Part shown: positions 59,580 to 64,000 of the stretch, in pieces
How positions within the stretch are numbered: position 1 is the stretch's first letter
How the letters are laid out: each line of letters begins with the position of its first letter
From: Sphaerodactylus townsendi
Taxonomy: Eukaryota
Assembly (NCBI RefSeq): GCF_021028975.2
Contig: NC_059437.1
Span: forward strand, 33,108,001 to 33,172,000
Direction: 5' to 3'
DNA: 64,000 nucleotides
The notes under the pieces: generated by a model
Databases searched by the model: none
The model's input: the letters and a program-made list of their open reading frames with translations, nothing else
Told to the model about the DNA's origin: nothing
Position numbers and translations under genes: made by a program

Positions 59580-59751
59580 CACAAGTCCTTTTCCTTGGGG
59601 TCACTAGCCAAAAGAAGGGAAGCCTGTAAGAGGATTCAGGAGACCAGTTACTGATTACCTTACTCTGTGTCTGGAGATAACTGGTGGAGTAGCCTTAAAC
59701 AACACGAGTAAGATAATTACCACCTGGATCTGGTGGACCACATTAGGAAAG

Positions 59752-60008
59752 GAAAGAGAAGAAGAGTTCGGATTTATACCTCAGCTTTCTCTCCTGTAAG
59801 GATACTCAACGGGCTCACAAACTCCTGTCCCTTCTTCCCACAACAGATGGGGCTGAGAGAGTTCTGAGGGAACTGTGGCTAGCCCAAGCAGAAACAAAGG
59901 AGTGCAGAAACAGATGAGAGACCACTGCTCAGGTGGAGGAGTGGGGAATCAAATCTGGTTCTCCAGTTTAAGAGTCCACCTGTTCTTAACCACTGCACCA
60001 TGCTAGCT
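59752..60008 (-). mobile_element. tRNA-derived squamate SINE
   Basis: Reverse complement of the 39223 family with small deletions. Confidence 0.8.
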
Positions 60009-60683
60009 TTCCAAGCAGCGTGAGACAGAGAAATACTCCTGCTTGCAAACCAAGGCCCCTGGAATGGCTGCCACAGCCCCCTCTCTGACAGTCCTACAAC
60101 ACGCTAGATGGGATATCTCTGGATATCCAGTTGGACAGAGGCAAGAGAGATCATGCATTCAGGGTTCTTCTATCTTGAAGTGGAAGGTTCTTATTTTTTT
60201 GGTCTTCTGTTTCCAGCATTGCACAAGCAGAACAGAAACTAGCTAGCTGCATAATGTACTCACTGAAATCATTAAAGCATCCAAACATAGGTTGAATATG
60301 AAGCACCCTGAAAAATCCTACTTCCCTGTTGATTTTTGTTAACAGCTAGCCTGGAGAATTCATAAGCTTGCAATCTGTTGTTTTGTGGTCTGAATAAAAG
60401 GTACCGCATGGCTTCTGTTATGGACGAACACGGCTACCTCCTTTTGGGCGAGGGGAAAGAGCAAGATGATGCACTCTGCAACCTTGTGCCAGGCAGCCGC
60501 TCCCTTCGCTTCAAGCAAACCTGGCAACCCATCTTTGGACACATTAGCTAGCCTCTGGCTCTATGAAACCAACCGTGGGCAATAAGGCACAGTCTGGATG
60601 TATGTATGTATGGGGGGGGGGAGTCCCCTACTCCCCTTTGGAATGACAAAGAAAAGGGGGCTGGAGGCAAAAGCAGAACTCAC

Positions 60684-60990
60684 CTTCTGTTGACTCTTCT
60701 GCAGCCAGTTCTCTTCTTCCCCCTCCCCCTCATTCAGTTTCTCCTCATCTCATGTTCTTTGCAGTATTACTCTCAGAGCTGCCGGATGTCTTCTGTGCTG
60801 TTGTCTCCACCCCAAGAAGCTTCCGGTGGCTGCTCAGGAGTAACAGTTCCCACGAGGCTCTTTCTTACAATCAGAAGCAGAGGATGCCTTAGTGAGCGCA
60901 TGAGTGATGCGAGGGAAACCCAGCTGCGGCATCCCAGGCACAAAGACGTCCTCCTCCTGCTCCCTTTCCCTGAACGTCTTGGCATTATGC
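60684..60990 (-). other. Possible non-coding upstream exon of SLC25A53
   Basis: Consensus donor AAG|GTGAGT at 60684/60683 on minus, about 1.06 kb upstream of the coding-exon acceptor; 5' boundary unknown. Confidence 0.3.
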
Positions 60991-61193
60991 AAATTAAAAC
61001 TTGAAAATTTCACTTAGCTCCGGAACACCCTCAGGTTTATAATAATACTCCTGGCTGGGTGTGCGTTGGTTGAGAGCCTCCGGAAAATTCATGCCCTTTG
61101 CTGAGGGGGGAAAAAAGCCATTGACCTACCATGCAGGGTTCAGCTCAAAGCTCCACTGTCCTTCCACAAACTGTGAGCTTCTTTATGCTAGCC

Positions 61194-61344
61194 CAGGGGT
61201 CTTCAAACTATGGCCCTCCAGATGTTCATAGACTACAATTACCATGAGCCCTACCTTAATTCTGGGCCAAGGCTGCCGCAGGGCTGGATGGGAATTGTAG
61301 TCCAATTTCAAATACCTGGAGGGCCATAGTTTTGAAAATCTCTG
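61194..61344. mobile_element. Palindromic hAT MITE, diverged
   Basis: CAGGGGTCTTCAAACTATGGCCCTCCAG...CTGGAGGGCCATAGTTTTGAAAATCTCTG. Confidence 0.75.
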
Positions 61345-61609
61345 GGCCAGCTCTATACTAATGAGAACACTGCTGACTTCCTCTGCTCTTCCTGCAGAGT
61401 CTCACTATCAGCAGCATAGAAATTAGGTGTTTTAATCAGTGGGAAGCAGCAGGCAGATTGTCAAGCCAAGCCCCAGCGCACTCCTGGCATTCTGGGAAAA
61501 GAACAACAGTGGACCTGATTGGGAAAGTCAAGGATGTTGCGTTGACTCCGCCAAGAACCCAGTGTTGCTTTGGACAGTTCTACGGTATGTTTCCACTTTG
61601 CCCATACTT

Positions 61610-63127
61610 GGATGGCGAAAACAAAATTGTACCACAGGGCTTCAGCTTAATGTTGACAAAATAAGCTCCCAACTGGAGTGCAGTTTCAAAAGACTTTCTC
61701 ACTTATACGTTTCTTTACAATTTAAATGAAAATGCACAAAAGTTTACAAATATGTTACAAACCAGCCATCTATACAAGAATAAACTAGCCAGAAATCTAG
61801 ACTCAATGCCGACCTTGAAATGAAACTTCAAGGCTCATTCTGTAAAAAAATGGTAACCAAAAAGGCAAATGAATAGAAAAGTCCACGAGGAAACCCCAGC
61901 CACAAAAAATTTATACTTACAAATTGAATGATACTAAGAAACACAGATTGTTACAATGAGATAATCTACAAAACAGTATATATAAATGTGTAGCTCAAAA
62001 CCAATAATGTAGAATAAACTAAAAAAAAAGCATTACAAATTATATATAAATATATATAAAGAATACCAAAAGGGACTGTGCCCTGCTAGCTTAAACTCAT
62101 GCTTCTCGCAAAGTCCTTGAAGAAATAAGATTACTAGGCTAATACAGTTGACCAGGAGGGTGTATAGCCAGGTGCAATAATCTCCTCAATACAAAAACAA
62201 AGAGGGAACAAAACAACTGGTACTGATAAGGTTTTTTTTAAAAAAATTGCTTGCCAGAGTCTAGGGAGACTTTGTTTACTCCTAATGCTCACACCAATAC
62301 AGCTAGGATTGTTTCTTCTTTTGAGTTTACTGAGCTAATTTCAGGTATTAAAAACATTATTCTTAGGTATTGGCCACTTCTCCAAGATCTCCCTGGTTGT
62401 TCCCTTTGTTAACATTTAGAAGAACCCAAAATTTGGAAGATATTCTGATCCACTCTGACTCTGTCACCTTCATAGTTTCTTTCTCTTTCGTTTGAACACA
62501 CTTCATCCTGACTCCAGTCATAATCAGCTAATTGTCTTTCAACTGTTTTTGTAAGGAGGAAATTATCGCCCCTGGCTTTACACCCTCCTTGTCAACTGCA
62601 TTAGCCTAGTATTTGGATTTCAGGCTGGAAGAGCCCAGTCCCTTTTAATATCTTTTATATGGTATCCTATATATAAAATCTGTAATATATATTTTTTAGT
62701 TTATTATTCTACATTATGGGTTTGGGGTTACAAATTTATTGTATTTACTTATAGTTTTTGTAGATTATCTCATTGTAACAAGCTGTGTTTGTTAGTGTCA
62801 TTCAGTTTAGAAGTATAAAGAATTTGTAATTGTGGCTGGAGTTTCTTTGTGGACTTTTCTATTTATTTGCTTTTTTGGTTATCTTTTTTACAGAGTGAGC
62901 CTTGAAGTTTCATTACAAGGGCGGCTTTGAGTCTAGCTTATTTGAGTCTTGCTTTACGGCAAGCTTATGCTTGTACAGATGGTGTTACATATTTGTAAAC
63001 TTTTGTGCATTTTCATTTAAACTGTAAAGAAATATAAATAAAAAAATCTGTTGTAATTGCACTCGTTGGGAGCTTATTTTGTCAGCATTAAGCTGTAGCC
63101 CTGTGGTACAATTTTGCTTTCACTACC
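61610..63127. repeat. Long imperfect inverted repeat (foldback): arms about 61610-62200 and 62545-63127
   Basis: For example CAAAATTGTACCACAGGGCT (61622) pairs with AGCCCTGTGGTACAATTTTG (about 63097-63116), and AAATGAAAATGCACAAAAGTTTACAAATATG pairs with its reverse complement near 62990-63018; collinear over about 580 bp. Confidence 0.9.
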
Positions 63128-63323
63128 TTGTGGTTGTGTACCACTCCCTTTTGCTCGTTATGATGGAGTCATACTTAGATGGCAGCGACTGGCCATCCCT
63201 GTTTCAGTCCATTAGCGCTTCATACTATCACTGTATACTGGAGAAGGCGTGCAGAGATTTCTACCCGCAGCAGCTCTTTTTCAGGCTCTGAATCCTTTAT
63301 GCAAAGGAATAGAAGCGTTTGTC

Positions 63324-63410
63324 CGTTAGGATCAAGATCTACCAGACCACGGCCACAGCCCGGAAAACCCACAACAACCAGTTGAATCCGTCGTAAAAGC
63401 CTTCGTCGAC
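63324..63410 (+). mobile_element. 5'-truncated Penelope-like terminal fragment
   Basis: CGTTAGGATCAAGATCTACCAGACCACGGCCACAGCCCGGAAAACCCACAACAACCAGTTGAATCCG matches the other copies. Confidence 0.75.
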
Positions 63411-64000
63411 AGAATGGAAGAGGATTCATCCTCATGCTTATTGTGTGAGCAGCAGTCCCGTTTTGCTCCATCTTTGCAGAATCAATGTTTCTTCATAATA
63501 GCCACTTGGACCTCTTTAGTATTTGCAAGACTGGACATTCAAGCCTGCGAGACACAAGGCAGGCAAGCAGCCTCAACTGTTCTGAAATCAGGTGCTCTTC
63601 CTCCTCGTGCTGCATCAGGATAGGGGTATCAGGAAGGATTCTGACTTCTTGGCTCATTTATTCCCCATTTTCCAATAGCATAAACTCGATCAGATCCTTG
63701 AAGCCAAGATCTTGATTGGCCTTGTCTCCTTCCCCCATTGGGCCATGTTGCATCTTTGTCACCAAAAAAATGAGCTCCCCCCTTCAATGCGGGGGATCCA
63801 GTGGCCCATACCTATGCTGGCATCCAGTCCTCTCAGGTTAACCAAGAAGCTTGACAAAAAGGCTACTATCAAAATGAATACTTCAGGGTTACATGTGATA
63901 CATTCACAAAACTCTTGTTAGAAATGGTAGAAAACTTAATTTTTATCAGAAGTAACACTTAAATTATTCATTCTGGTATTAGCTTTGTTGCCAACATTCA

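Overview
Eukaryotic genomic DNA from a squamate reptile, most likely a gecko (inferred from the SINE, Sauria/BovB, CR1 and Penelope repeat content). Almost all ORFs in the supplied track are spurious. Four protein-coding genes can be reconstructed, in the same order as human Xq22.2. PLP1 (+) has 7 exons and encodes 277 aa, with the internal exon-3 donor that gives DM20. RAB9B (-) has a single coding exon of 201 aa. A thymosin beta-15 gene (-) encodes 45 aa, and SLC25A53 (-) has a single coding exon of 298 aa. The rest is intron or intergenic DNA with many resolvable transposable elements: a decayed Ty1/Copia element, tRNA-SINEs, CR1 and BovB fragments, hAT and Harbinger MITEs, two kilobase-scale palindromes and four Penelope-like fragments. 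The most interesting non-genic signals are: (i) minimal hammerhead ribozyme motifs in the Penelope-like fragments, one with a compensatory base-pair change and an intact copy only antisense to PLP1; (ii) two TSD-flanked copies of a tripartite tRNA + 5S rRNA + Sauria/BovB-tail chimeric SINE; (iii) large foldback elements; (iv) candidate SOX10/MYRF and QKI elements around PLP1. I see no support for a novel multi-gene system. All repeat family names come from motif recognition, not from a database search.
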